64,000 bases of DNA, taken from the NCBI GenBank assembly GCA_963675665.1, contig OY776510.1, forward strand, positions 4,352,001 to 4,416,000, written 5' to 3'. Position 1 is the first letter of the stretch, and each line of letters begins with the position of its first letter. Under the pieces are notes generated by a model, which was not told where the DNA came from, made no database searches, and worked only from the letters and a program-made list of their open reading frames with translations. Source of the DNA: Spirochaetia bacterium. GTDB lineage: Bacteria; Spirochaetota; Spirochaetia; UBA9216. Made by a program: the position numbers and the translations under genes. Below are positions 18,629 to 28,302 of the stretch, piece by piece.

Positions 18629-19582
18629 TTAAAAAGCTGGTTTCTGTCCGGCTACATTGTCTTTTGTTATCTTTCTTGATGCCGGAATAACCTCAGGATC
18701 AACCTTTTCGCCGTTGAGAATCTTCATTGCAAGTTCAAATCCCTGGGTTCCGCATGGTTCATATGTCCAGGTTGCGGACATTTCACCGGCTGCAATCGCG
18801 TCAAGTTCTTCCTGCTGACCGTCAAGACCAATTATAATTACTTCATCAAGTCTGCCTGCATCTTTTACAGCCTGAACGGCACCGAGGGCCATTTCGCCGT
18901 TTGCAGCAAAAATAACATCAAGAGTTCCTGCAGGATTTGCCTGAAGGACATTCTGCATTACAGAAACAGCCTGTGGTCTTCTGTAATCAGCCGGCTGCTG
19001 TGCAACAACCTTTATGCCGCTCTGTTTGTCAATTACTTCATGAAAACCGCCTACTCTGTTAACAGAGGTTTCATCACCGGGAATACCTTCAATTACTACA
19101 ACATTTCCCTTTACAGAACCGTATTTTCCTTTCAGATGATCTACAACATAGTCTCCAATTTCAGTACCGATAAGGTAATTGTCCATTGAGACCATTGTAA
19201 TCGCATCGGTGCCGTGGATAGGTTTTCCTACAAACATGAAGGGAATACCCTTTTCATGAACTTTATTCAGTTCCTGCTTCAGGCCCTCTGCCTTTGCTGC
19301 CTGAACAAGAAGAATATCGATGCCCTTTGTGAGCATATCTTCAATACCTGCAACCTGCTTTACAACAGAGCCCTGTCCGTCGGTGGCAATAACCTTTACA
19401 TTCGGATAAGCTTCAGCTGCATCGAGAATCTGATCTCTCTGGGTTATCATGAACGGATGGTCCAGACTTTCCTGTGAAAGTCCGATTACGATCATGTCAT
19501 CTCCGCCTTCCTGCTGTCCTCCAGCAAAAGCCATTCCCGTAATACTGATTAACAACAGCATTACTACCAGAATTTTCTTCAT
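18629..19582 (-). CDS. Sugar ABC substrate-binding protein (RbsB-like)
   Basis: SD AAGGAGG; signal peptide ending AFAGGQQE; FAANGEMALGA and GLDG motifs. Confidence 0.92.
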   Translation of the reverse strand: MKKILVVMLLLISITGMAFAGGQQEGGDDMIVIGLSQESLDHPFMITQRDQILDAAEAYPNVKVIATDGQGSVVKQVAGIEDMLTKGIDILLVQAAKAEGLKQELNKVHEKGIPFMFVGKPIHGTDAITMVSMDNYLIGTEIGDYVVDHLKGKYGSVKGNVVVIEGIPGDETSVNRVGGFHEVIDKQSGIKVVAQQPADYRRPQAVSVMQNVLQANPAGTLDVIFAANGEMALGAVQAVKDAGRLDEVIIIGLDGQQEELDAIAAGEMSATWTYEPCGTQGFELAMKILNGEKVDPEVIPASRKITKDNVAGQKPAF

Positions 19583-19756
19583 CCAATTCCTCCTTGAAAA
19601 GAAAAACAAAAGCCGACAGCTTAAGTTCTCCTCTTTGAAGTTTTATATCAGCTACGCTGACAAAACTTCTTTAAAATCTATGGTGATCAATTAAAGAATA
19701 CGAGATCCTTTAATTGCCAATGCACAATTGCTCCTATCAGCCTGAATAAATACAGT

Positions 19757-20713
19757 TTATTTCTTTCTGTTGGACTGCATGCTCTGAGCCAGAACAGCAA
19801 TGATGATGATTGCCCCCTTTACAATTTTCTGGGTGTATCCCGGGACATTGATCAGGTTAAGAAAGTTATTAAGAATTCCTATTATTATTACGCCTATTAC
19901 GGTACCGACAACTCCGCCCCGTCCCCCGGCAAGAGAGGTCCCTCCGACAGCTACCGACGCAATTGCATCAAGTTCCATTCCGGATCCGAGATTGGCCTCG
20001 CCGACATTAAGATGATTAGCCATGATAATGCCTGCAAAGCCTGAAAGACCGGAACTGATTACATAGGCCGCCATCTTTACCCTGTCTACCCTGATTCCGG
20101 AAAGCCGGCTGCCTTCCTCGTTTCCGCCTACAGCGTAAATATAGCGGCCGAGTCTTGTCCGGTTTAATACTATGCTTGCTGCAACTGCCGTAATTGCAAA
20201 CAGAATCGTCTGAACGGGGATGGTATCAAACAGTTTGCCCTGGCCAATGAAAGAAAGTCCTTCCGGCGTACCGATAATCGGGTGGCCGTGAGAATAAGTC
20301 AGCCCTATTCCGACAACAGCGGTCATCATACCGAGCGTTGCGATAAATGCCTGGAGTTTCCCTTTTGTAACAAGTATTCCCGTTACCAGGCCGAAAATCA
20401 TGCTCAACGCCATAGCCAGAAGAAAAGCGGGAAGAGCGCCGTAGTCCTTGAACCCGGCGACAATCAGGGTTGAAAAAGCCAGTACCGAACCAACCGAAAG
20501 GTCTATTCCGCCCGTAATAATAACAAAAGTCATGCCGATGCTGATTATGCCTATTTCCGAAACCTGTCTTGTTATATTTAAAAGGTTTTCAGCTTTTAAA
20601 AAATACGGCGATACAATTGCACAAACTATAAATAAAATCACCAGAACAGCAAGCATTCCGTAGTTTTCCACGAAATGAACCCTGTTAAATTTCCCTGTTT
20701 TAATATCCGACAT
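19757..20713 (-). CDS. Sugar ABC transporter permease (RbsC-like)
   Basis: GGIDLSVG, YAVGGNEEGSRLSGI and ELDAIASVAVGG motifs; the ATG overlaps the ATPase stop. Confidence 0.94.
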   Translation of the reverse strand: MSDIKTGKFNRVHFVENYGMLAVLVILFIVCAIVSPYFLKAENLLNITRQVSEIGIISIGMTFVIITGGIDLSVGSVLAFSTLIVAGFKDYGALPAFLLAMALSMIFGLVTGILVTKGKLQAFIATLGMMTAVVGIGLTYSHGHPIIGTPEGLSFIGQGKLFDTIPVQTILFAITAVAASIVLNRTRLGRYIYAVGGNEEGSRLSGIRVDRVKMAAYVISSGLSGFAGIIMANHLNVGEANLGSGMELDAIASVAVGGTSLAGGRGGVVGTVIGVIIIGILNNFLNLINVPGYTQKIVKGAIIIIAVLAQSMQSNRKK

Positions 20714-22212
20714 TACGCCACCTCCCCTGTTGCACACTTCATAATTTTCTCCTCCGTAGCTTCGTCCGCCGTAAACTCTCCCGTAATACGGCCTGAGTGC
20801 ATTACCAGAATACGATCGCTTACCCCTATAATTTCCGGAAGCTCCGAAGAAATCATAATTATTACCTTGCCCTGATCGGCCAGTTTTCTCATCAGATTGT
20901 AAATTTCAGCCTTCGCCCCTACATCTATTCCCCTTGTAGGTTCATCCAGAATGATAACATTGCAGTCTTTGGCCAGCCATTTGGCAAGAACCACTTTCTG
21001 CTGATTTCCGCCTGATAATCCGCTGACCGGCAGATCGATGCCTGCGGAAGCAATTTTCAGAATTTTGATATACCTGTCGGCTATTTCTTTTTCCTTTTTG
21101 GGCTGAATCAGTCCGCCTTTTAAAATCGTATCAAGCACAGCCAGAGAAATATTCTTTTTTACAGACATACCCAGGATAAGCCCCTGCTGTTTACGATCTT
21201 CAGTTGCAAAACCGATACTCTTCTGAATGGCCTTCAGCGGTTCGGTAATCCTGACTTCCTTACCGTAAAGGGAAATCCGGCCGCTGTCAAAGCGGTCCGC
21301 ACCGAATACCGCGCGGGCAAGCTCAGTACGCCCGGCGCCTACCAGTCCCGAAATTCCGAGAATCTCTCCTGCATACGCCTCGAACGAAACATCTTTCAGA
21401 ACACCTTCACGCTTGATATTTCTTACGTCAAGAACCTTCGCTCCCCGTTTTGCGCTTGCGCGGGAGGGATAATACTCACCGAGGGTTCTGCCGACCATCA
21501 TTTTTATCATCCGGTCCTTATCAAGGCTGGCTACATCTTCCGTTCCAACGGTTTTTCCGTCCTTAAGAATTGTAACCCTGTCGCACACCTCAAAAATTTC
21601 TTCAAGTCTGTGCGAAATATATATTATTGTTTTTCCGTTTGCCCTGAGCTTTCGGATTGTTCCAAAAAGAAAATCTATTTCATGATCGGTAAGCGTTGCT
21701 GTCGGTTCATCCATAACAATCAGCTCGGCATTCATGGACAGGGCCTTTGCTATCTCCACCATCTGCTGCTGTGCGACACTCAGGTTTTTCACTTTTTGAC
21801 TGACATCTATATTGAGGCCCAATCCGTTCAGAAGTTTCCGGGCTTCATTCTTCATCGTTTTATAATCAATAAATTTACCGCTTACAAGCGGTTCACGACC
21901 AAGAAAAATATTCTCAACAACACTCATATAAGGAATTAGATTGAACTCCTGATAAATTATTCCGATACCGGCCTTCTGGGCGGCTATCGGATCCGGATGA
22001 TTGAATAATTGTCCCTTAAACCATATTTCACCGGAATTCGGCTGATGCGCTGCACTGAGAACTTTCATTAGTGTTGATTTTCCGGCCCCGTTTTCACCGA
22101 GCAATGCATGAACTTCACCCTGGAAACAGGAAAAAGTTACATTATCCAGAGCTTTTACACCCGGAAACGATTTTTCTATATTTTTCATCTGCAATATGAT
22201 TTGATCACTCAT
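20713..22212 (-). CDS. Sugar ABC transporter ATP-binding protein (RbsA-like)
   Basis: GENGAGKST, LSGGNQQKV and DEPTRGIDVGAK motifs. Confidence 0.95.
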   Translation of the reverse strand: MSDQIILQMKNIEKSFPGVKALDNVTFSCFQGEVHALLGENGAGKSTLMKVLSAAHQPNSGEIWFKGQLFNHPDPIAAQKAGIGIIYQEFNLIPYMSVVENIFLGREPLVSGKFIDYKTMKNEARKLLNGLGLNIDVSQKVKNLSVAQQQMVEIAKALSMNAELIVMDEPTATLTDHEIDFLFGTIRKLRANGKTIIYISHRLEEIFEVCDRVTILKDGKTVGTEDVASLDKDRMIKMMVGRTLGEYYPSRASAKRGAKVLDVRNIKREGVLKDVSFEAYAGEILGISGLVGAGRTELARAVFGADRFDSGRISLYGKEVRITEPLKAIQKSIGFATEDRKQQGLILGMSVKKNISLAVLDTILKGGLIQPKKEKEIADRYIKILKIASAGIDLPVSGLSGGNQQKVVLAKWLAKDCNVIILDEPTRGIDVGAKAEIYNLMRKLADQGKVIIMISSELPEIIGVSDRILVMHSGRITGEFTADEATEEKIMKCATGEVA

Positions 22213-22239
22213 TTGTAGTTTCTCTCCGGTTAACTATAC

Positions 22240-22256
22240 TGCAATAAACATGCCAG
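22240..22256 (-). promoter_or_regulatory. Sigma54 (-24/-12) promoter
   Basis: Reverse strand CTGGCATGTTTATTGCA matches TGGCAY-N5-TTGCW and ends 28 nt upstream of the ATPase start. Confidence 0.8.
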
Positions 22257-22385
22257 TTTAATTTATCAAAAGGATCACTGATTTAGACACACTCTAATTT
22301 CTTACACATTAACTATTTAGCATGTTTAATGAATAAACTGCAGTACTAAATCTATTAACCTTTGTTTACTCTCGTTTATTTTTTC

Positions 22386-22410
22386 TACACATCCCGCTGC
22401 AGATTGTGTA
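22386..22410. promoter_or_regulatory. Candidate enhancer (UAS) inverted repeat for a sigma54 activator
   Basis: TACACA-N13-TGTGTA, about 130-155 bp upstream of the -24 box, across an AT-rich spacer. Confidence 0.4.
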
Positions 22411-22486
22411 AAATTTAACCACAGAGATTTTTTCTGAAAATATTCCAGGACAACAGTAGACAAATTTCCGCTTTTTCTATTAATAT

Positions 22487-23374
22487 ATGACTGTCATGGA
22501 TGTTAGAACATATTTGGCGCGGATAGGAATCAATGAAATTCCCGAGGCAACTCTGGAAAATCTTAAACTGCTGCAAAGCAGACATCTTCTGACTGTACCG
22601 TTTGAAAACCTTAATATACATATGTATAATAAACTCTCTTCGGATCCCGACGAGCTTTTCGAAAAGATCGTTCTTCAGCGCCGCGGCGGCGTCTGCTACG
22701 AATTAAATTATCTGTATATGCTCCTGCTTGACGAACTGGGATACAGGACATCATTTTACGGCGGACGGGCCGGCGAGAACGGCACTTTTTTCGATCACAG
22801 TTTTCCGATAGTGGAAATAGACGGAATTCGCTATATAACCGATGTCGGATTCGGAGACAACTTTCTCTATCCCCTTGAGTTTAAACCCGATGTCCCCCAG
22901 CTGGATCCGAAAGGCATCTTTACAATAGAATATGAAGGCGGCGGATACTACACGGTATACAAGGAACTTGAAGACAAACGCTTTACCGAGTACACCTTCA
23001 CCCTTAATAAAAGAAAACTAAGTGATTTTAACGATAGAAAAATCTTCTATACGACAAATCCCGAATCTCATTTTTTCAGAAACCTAATAGTCTCAATTGA
23101 ACTCGAAAACGGCCGCATTTCCCTGAAACAATCCAAGATTCTTTTTACCGAAGGAAACGAACGGCGCTGGATCAAGGTTGAGTCGTTTTATCATTATGTC
23201 TATTTACTGTTCGAATATTTCGGAATAGTACTTACTCCGCAGGAGCGCAGAAAACTGAAAAACTCAAAATTCTGGAATAAACGCTATAACAGGAAAAAAA
23301 CCCGCGCGCTATTAATGGCAAGTTCAATTCAGCAGAATTTTTACAACCGTTTCGGGACCTTCCTGGGCGGATAA
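22487..23374 (+). CDS. Arylamine N-acetyltransferase family protein
   Basis: VPFENL; catalytic triad motifs RRGGVCYELN (Cys), FDHS (His) and DVGFG (Asp). Confidence 0.92.
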   Translation: MTVMDVRTYLARIGINEIPEATLENLKLLQSRHLLTVPFENLNIHMYNKLSSDPDELFEKIVLQRRGGVCYELNYLYMLLLDELGYRTSFYGGRAGENGTFFDHSFPIVEIDGIRYITDVGFGDNFLYPLEFKPDVPQLDPKGIFTIEYEGGGYYTVYKELEDKRFTEYTFTLNKRKLSDFNDRKIFYTTNPESHFFRNLIVSIELENGRISLKQSKILFTEGNERRWIKVESFYHYVYLLFEYFGIVLTPQERRKLKNSKFWNKRYNRKKTRALLMASSIQQNFYNRFGTFLGG

Positions 23375-23398
23375 AAAATCTGAACACTCCAGGCTGTT

Positions 23399-24160
23399 TT
23401 AACCATTTACCCAGTCAACAACCTTTTCAGTCACAGGATCGCATTCCGGTCCTTCAAAAAAAACATGCGGGCTGTTTTTCAGTATCAATTTTTCCGCCAG
23501 GTAATCTTTTACGCCGGCTTCTATTATCTCTCCCGCCGACAGGGGGACCGTACTGTCCTTTTCCGACAGCATGATATATACAGGACAATTGATATCTTTC
23601 AGCTTTCGCCGGGCCATTCTCATTATCTTTATAAATCCCGCAAGCTGCGCCGTATAATGCCTGCTCCAGTACTCACGTTCCATGAAAATCCTGTCTTCAT
23701 CTATAACCTCTGCCCGGGGACGGTCGCGCTTTATGTATGGAATAAGAAATCTCAATACCGGTGTAAAATATACCAGTTTCTGTTTTACAGCTATTGCCGG
23801 GGCAAGGAGGATGATCTTTTCCGGTTGAAACTCGGCCGCCGCCAGAATCGCAAGCAGGCTTCCCATTGATAACCCTACTATTGTTACAGATTCGAACCTG
23901 CTCTGAAGATTCAGATACTCATTCCTAAGATGGTCCAGCCATAATTTCCAGTTGCTATTTTGAAAATCCTTACGGTTTGTCGCATGCCCGGGCAGACGCG
24001 GAACTGCAACAGTATATCCTTCCGCATGCAACCTGCGGGCCACTTTATAGACTTCAGCCGGATAACCGTTATAACCGTGCTGTACCAGTACGGCCCTGCC
24101 GTTTGTACCTTCAAGGTATAACGGAAGAGCCGACTTTAAAACTTTAATATTGCTTTTCAT
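23399..24160 (-). CDS. Carboxylesterase / alpha-beta hydrolase
   Basis: HGYNG oxyanion motif, RLPGH, GLSMG nucleophile, D..VP and SPH. Confidence 0.9.
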   Translation of the reverse strand: MKSNIKVLKSALPLYLEGTNGRAVLVQHGYNGYPAEVYKVARRLHAEGYTVAVPRLPGHATNRKDFQNSNWKLWLDHLRNEYLNLQSRFESVTIVGLSMGSLLAILAAAEFQPEKIILLAPAIAVKQKLVYFTPVLRFLIPYIKRDRPRAEVIDEDRIFMEREYWSRHYTAQLAGFIKIMRMARRKLKDINCPVYIMLSEKDSTVPLSAGEIIEAGVKDYLAEKLILKNSPHVFFEGPECDPVTEKVVDWVNG

Positions 24161-24289
24161 TCTACAGTCCTGACTTTTATTTTCATCAAATCCGCTGGTC
24201 TTGTCAATTTCTCCGGAGAAAACTTGCGATCCGGCGAATGATTTCTTACAATAATATCAAAACTATTAATTAATTCAGAGGAAAATTTA

Positions 24290-26074
24290 ATGAAAGTTTC
24301 AATTAAAAGCAGTTTGATAATATCGTTTGTGCTGATTATTTTTATTATTATTTTTCTTTCAATAACAAGTATACAAGCCAACCTTGATTCAGGAAAAATG
24401 ATAAGCGAAGTTAATGAGGAAGTTTTGCCTCATACCCTTGATTACCTTGAACTTGAGAAAAATGTCATGCAGATTCAGCAGCATCTTACCACAATATCCG
24501 CATCACGGGCGGCTTTCGGCCTTGATGAGGGTTTCATTGGAGCAGCTGCAGCTTTTGAAAGAGCAGAAGAAATTTTCGCAAGACTTATTGATGAACACCG
24601 GAATGAACCCGAAATTCTGGAGGCTTTGACAACACTTCAGGTGAAGTTTAAAGATTTTTATTCACTTGGCAGAGAAACTGCAAAGATCTATATTGCGGAA
24701 GGTTCTGAAAAAGGCAATCTGATGATGGAAAAATTCAACCCCGCAGCCGAGGGCCTCAGCAGGGAATTGTCTGAAATGGTTGAGACGCACAGGGCTGAGT
24801 TAAGCAGCAGCTTCAGAACGATTGGCAATACAAACTCAAGGCTGATTTATCTTTCTATTATTTCCGGAATAGTTGCGGTACTTGTCGGAATAATACTTTC
24901 AATTGTCTCGGTTAAAAGAATCTCAAGCGGAGTCAATTTGATTTATAAATTCTCAAAACTTCTTGCTGAAGGAAATCTGGCTGAACGCATAGACATCAAA
25001 CGAAAAGACGAGTTTGGAACGCTGGCAGAAAATTTCAACCAGAGTATCGAAAAGTTAAATGAACTAGTGAGCAACATGAACGTTTCAGCCGATCAGAATT
25101 TCAGCGTTTGCAGCAATCTGTCGTCATCAAGCGATTCTGTTTCCGGTGCAGCAGAGGTTATGGAGTCAAGCATTTCGAGCATGAATGCCCAACTGGAAAA
25201 TCAGGACAATGAAATAGCCGAGGCTGTTACGGCTGTCAACGAAATTTCGGCAAATATAGCTTCGCTTACCAGGCAAATAGAAAACCAGTCCAAAGCAGTA
25301 ACCTCATCCTCCGCTTCTGTCGAGGAGATGGGAGCATCGATAAATAATATTGCCAAACTGAGCCGCGACAGGAATCACAAGATAGAGGAACTTATAAGTA
25401 CTATAGTTCAAACCAGGAGCAATGCGGAAAAGACTGAATCAATAATTTCCGAAGTTCACAGCCTGACTGAAAGCATGCAGGAAATAACCGGAGTTATTAA
25501 TAACATCTCTTCACAGACCAATCTCCTTGCAATGAATGCCGCAATAGAGGCGGCACATGCTGGTGAAGCCGGGCGGGGATTCGCAGTAGTAGCAGAAGAA
25601 ATCCGTAAACTTGCAGAAGACACGGGAGCCAATGCAGACCAGATATCCAATACGCTGAACAAGATTACCGCAATCGTTCAGCAAGCCCTGAACGCATCAG
25701 TTGAGAACCGTGAATCTTTCAACAGGGTTGAGTCTGAAGTCAGCGGATTTACAGAAACCTTTCAGGAGATCAATTCGACCATGTCGGAACTGTCTGAAGG
25801 TACTGCGGATGTGATAGGCTCAGTTTCAGCGCTGTCGGATATAACCAGCGAGATTAAGATTGCATCAAGTGAAATTAATGCGGGAACCGAAAATATTAAC
25901 AGCGCAATGGGTAATATAAAGCAGCTGTCCGATTCCGTCCTGCAGGAGATAAGAGAAATAGGTACAGGAGTAGAAAATATTACAGACTCGATTGAGAACC
26001 TTCATGCTATATCCGTCGAATCAAGGAATGCAAACGAGCTGGTCAGAAAAAGTATTTCACTGTTCAGAATATAA
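24290..26074 (+). CDS. Methyl-accepting chemotaxis protein (2 TM, HAMP)
   Basis: [35 protein letters not shown]; HAMP motif KDEFGTLA. Confidence 0.95.
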   Translation: MKVSIKSSLIISFVLIIFIIIFLSITSIQANLDSGKMISEVNEEVLPHTLDYLELEKNVMQIQQHLTTISASRAAFGLDEGFIGAAAAFERAEEIFARLIDEHRNEPEILEALTTLQVKFKDFYSLGRETAKIYIAEGSEKGNLMMEKFNPAAEGLSRELSEMVETHRAELSSSFRTIGNTNSRLIYLSIISGIVAVLVGIILSIVSVKRISSGVNLIYKFSKLLAEGNLAERIDIKRKDEFGTLAENFNQSIEKLNELVSNMNVSADQNFSVCSNLSSSSDSVSGAAEVMESSISSMNAQLENQDNEIAEAVTAVNEISANIASLTRQIENQSKAVTSSSASVEEMGASINNIAKLSRDRNHKIEELISTIVQTRSNAEKTESIISEVHSLTESMQEITGVINNISSQTNLLAMNAAIEAAHAGEAGRGFAVVAEEIRKLAEDTGANADQISNTLNKITAIVQQALNASVENRESFNRVESEVSGFTETFQEINSTMSELSEGTADVIGSVSALSDITSEIKIASSEINAGTENINSAMGNIKQLSDSVLQEIREIGTGVENITDSIENLHAISVESRNANELVRKSISLFRI

Positions 26075-26092
26075 AACTGCTAGTAATTGTGC

Positions 26093-27256
26093 TTATCTCC
26101 AAGGTACAGGCCTCAGCTCATAAGCTCCGATATCCGGGCGCATATCTCTCAATACCCCGCGTTGATCTGTTTCAGGACCTGTTCCGGAAATTACTGCATT
26201 TCTGAGCGGCGAAAACCATTTTATCCTCACAACCGGAAGTTTTCCGGGATAATACACAGGCTTCCGGATTCGGGGATTCCCTTCCGCTGCACCGGGAAGG
26301 CTTCCGTCGGCAACAAAGTTATCCGCCTGCTGCTCAATAAAACCTTCTCCGTAAAACCCGTGGGCCTTTATATTTACAAAATCGCCGTAACTGTTGCCGG
26401 TTATCAGGCTACGAAAAATGGAAAGCCTGCCCATATTGCATAGACCGCTTCCGCGCTGGATGGATTTATTGAACGCCAGCGTTACATGGTTCAGCAGAAG
26501 GTCTCCCTTGTTGCAGATGCCCCCTCCGCGTTTTCTGCACTTGTTCTCGATTATTGTTGTATTAATGATCTCGGCGCGGCTTTCGCATGCAACAAAAATA
26601 CCTCCGCCCCGGCTGATTGATGAGTTACCGTAGATTGCCGAATTTTCAATATACAGATCAGCCCCGTTTTCGGTTTTTATTCCCCCGCCGCTGCCTACGC
26701 ATCCTGTACCCGAGTTTCTTACTGCCGGCGGGGCCGGGAAAATATCATTACTGAAAACAGCGCAATTGTACAATTCGGTACGGCCGCGGGTAAAGATTCC
26801 TGCACCGTAAACCGCATCATTCATGGCAACCGCACAGTCATACATGATTAGCCGGCCTTCGTTATCAATACCGCCGCCGCGGTAAGGCACTTCGGAAGGT
26901 CTGCCGTAACGGATAGTCAGACCGCGCAGCTCCAGTGAGCCGCCCTTTTTTACAGTGAAAACCCTGTCTGAAGCCTCGCCTCTTGAACCGGAAGCCTGAA
27001 TCACTGAAACCCCGCGGCTTTCCCCGATTATTGAAACATCACCTTCGATAACTACCCCGGCTTCCGTATGAACATTATCTGAAAGCCTGATGACAAGTTG
27101 CCCTGCTTCCCCGGCATGAGCATCAAGCGCAGACTGCAGGGTAATAAACATCCCGGACCTTCCTACAGTAACAACGCCATTCCCCGGCAAAGCAGATACC
27201 GCGCTGCAGGAGAATATTAAAAAAACGGACAGGACAACTGTTTTCATTTTTTTCAT
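26093..27256 (-). CDS. Secreted right-handed beta-helix protein with choice-of-anchor Q-like C-terminus
   Basis: Signal peptide; repeated GGGI/GAGI..N units; C-terminal TDQRG..R...PDIGAYE. Confidence 0.75.
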   Translation of the reverse strand: MKKMKTVVLSVFLIFSCSAVSALPGNGVVTVGRSGMFITLQSALDAHAGEAGQLVIRLSDNVHTEAGVVIEGDVSIIGESRGVSVIQASGSRGEASDRVFTVKKGGSLELRGLTIRYGRPSEVPYRGGGIDNEGRLIMYDCAVAMNDAVYGAGIFTRGRTELYNCAVFSNDIFPAPPAVRNSGTGCVGSGGGIKTENGADLYIENSAIYGNSSISRGGGIFVACESRAEIINTTIIENKCRKRGGGICNKGDLLLNHVTLAFNKSIQRGSGLCNMGRLSIFRSLITGNSYGDFVNIKAHGFYGEGFIEQQADNFVADGSLPGAAEGNPRIRKPVYYPGKLPVVRIKWFSPLRNAVISGTGPETDQRGVLRDMRPDIGAYELRPVPWR

Positions 27257-27273
27257 TCCATATATAATAACCT

Positions 27274-28206
27274 ATGAACAGAATAAAATCAGCAGCAATA
27301 ATCGGCGCAGGGGCCCTCGGCCTCCTTTACGCTGAACAAATGAAATCCTGTCTCGGAAGAAACTGTTTTTTTCTTGCCGGAGGCGACAGATATAATCGTA
27401 TCAAAGACGGCAAGTTTAGAATAAACAACCGCTCAGAACAATTTTCAGTCGAATCCGCAGAAACGTTTCGCAATGGCAAGCGCACAAAACCTGAATTAAT
27501 CCTTGTTGCAGTAAAAAATCACCACCTTACCGATATTATCCCCCTGCTGGAATCAGCCGTTACCAACGACTCTATAATTATCCCGGTACTTAACGGAATA
27601 GACAGCGAAAATATTATCGAACGGCATTTCCCACGGGCACAGGTAATCCGAACTGTAGCAGTCGGCATGGACGCAGTAAAGGAAGGAAGAAAACTGGATT
27701 ATACTGTTTCGGGAAAGCTTCTTATTGGAATGAAGGACAATGACAAATCAAATCCCCACCTGCTCAGGCTTTCAGAGTTTCTCGATTCATGCGGAATGGC
27801 ATATGAAATTCCGGACGACATCGAGCGCTCTATGTGGTGGAAATGGATGATAAATATCGGAGTCAACCAGGCGTCCGCCGTGACCGGAGCCAACTACGGC
27901 GTTTTTCATAACGATAATACCGCCCAATCACTGATGAACGCCGCCATGCAGGAAACAATAAATGTCGCCAAAGCAGCCGGAGTCGACCTTCGTGATGAAG
28001 ATATTCCGAACTGGTATCCGATACTAAACAGCCTGGGAGCCGCCAATAAAACATCGATGCTGCAGGACATCGAAGCCGGCCGGAAAACCGAGGTTGAAGC
28101 ATTCAGCGGGAAACTGATTGAACTCAGCGAAGAACTGGACATCGATGTCCCGGTTAACCGCACTTTATTTCAGATCATTAAAACAAAGGAACTGGTTTAC
28201 AGTTAA
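27274..28206 (+). CDS. panE: 2-dehydropantoate 2-reductase
   Basis: GAGALG, LVAVK, NGID, WWKWMINIGVN and SMLQDIEAGRKTEVE motifs. Confidence 0.88.
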   Translation: MNRIKSAAIIGAGALGLLYAEQMKSCLGRNCFFLAGGDRYNRIKDGKFRINNRSEQFSVESAETFRNGKRTKPELILVAVKNHHLTDIIPLLESAVTNDSIIIPVLNGIDSENIIERHFPRAQVIRTVAVGMDAVKEGRKLDYTVSGKLLIGMKDNDKSNPHLLRLSEFLDSCGMAYEIPDDIERSMWWKWMINIGVNQASAVTGANYGVFHNDNTAQSLMNAAMQETINVAKAAGVDLRDEDIPNWYPILNSLGAANKTSMLQDIEAGRKTEVEAFSGKLIELSEELDIDVPVNRTLFQIIKTKELVYS

Positions 28207-28302
28207 AGAATGAGCTGCTTTCTAAACTGCGGTAGTTTCGAAAGAGCCTTAATAAATATTTTTTTTGTATTATCATACATAATAAGTTAAAATAAACATG
28301 TT

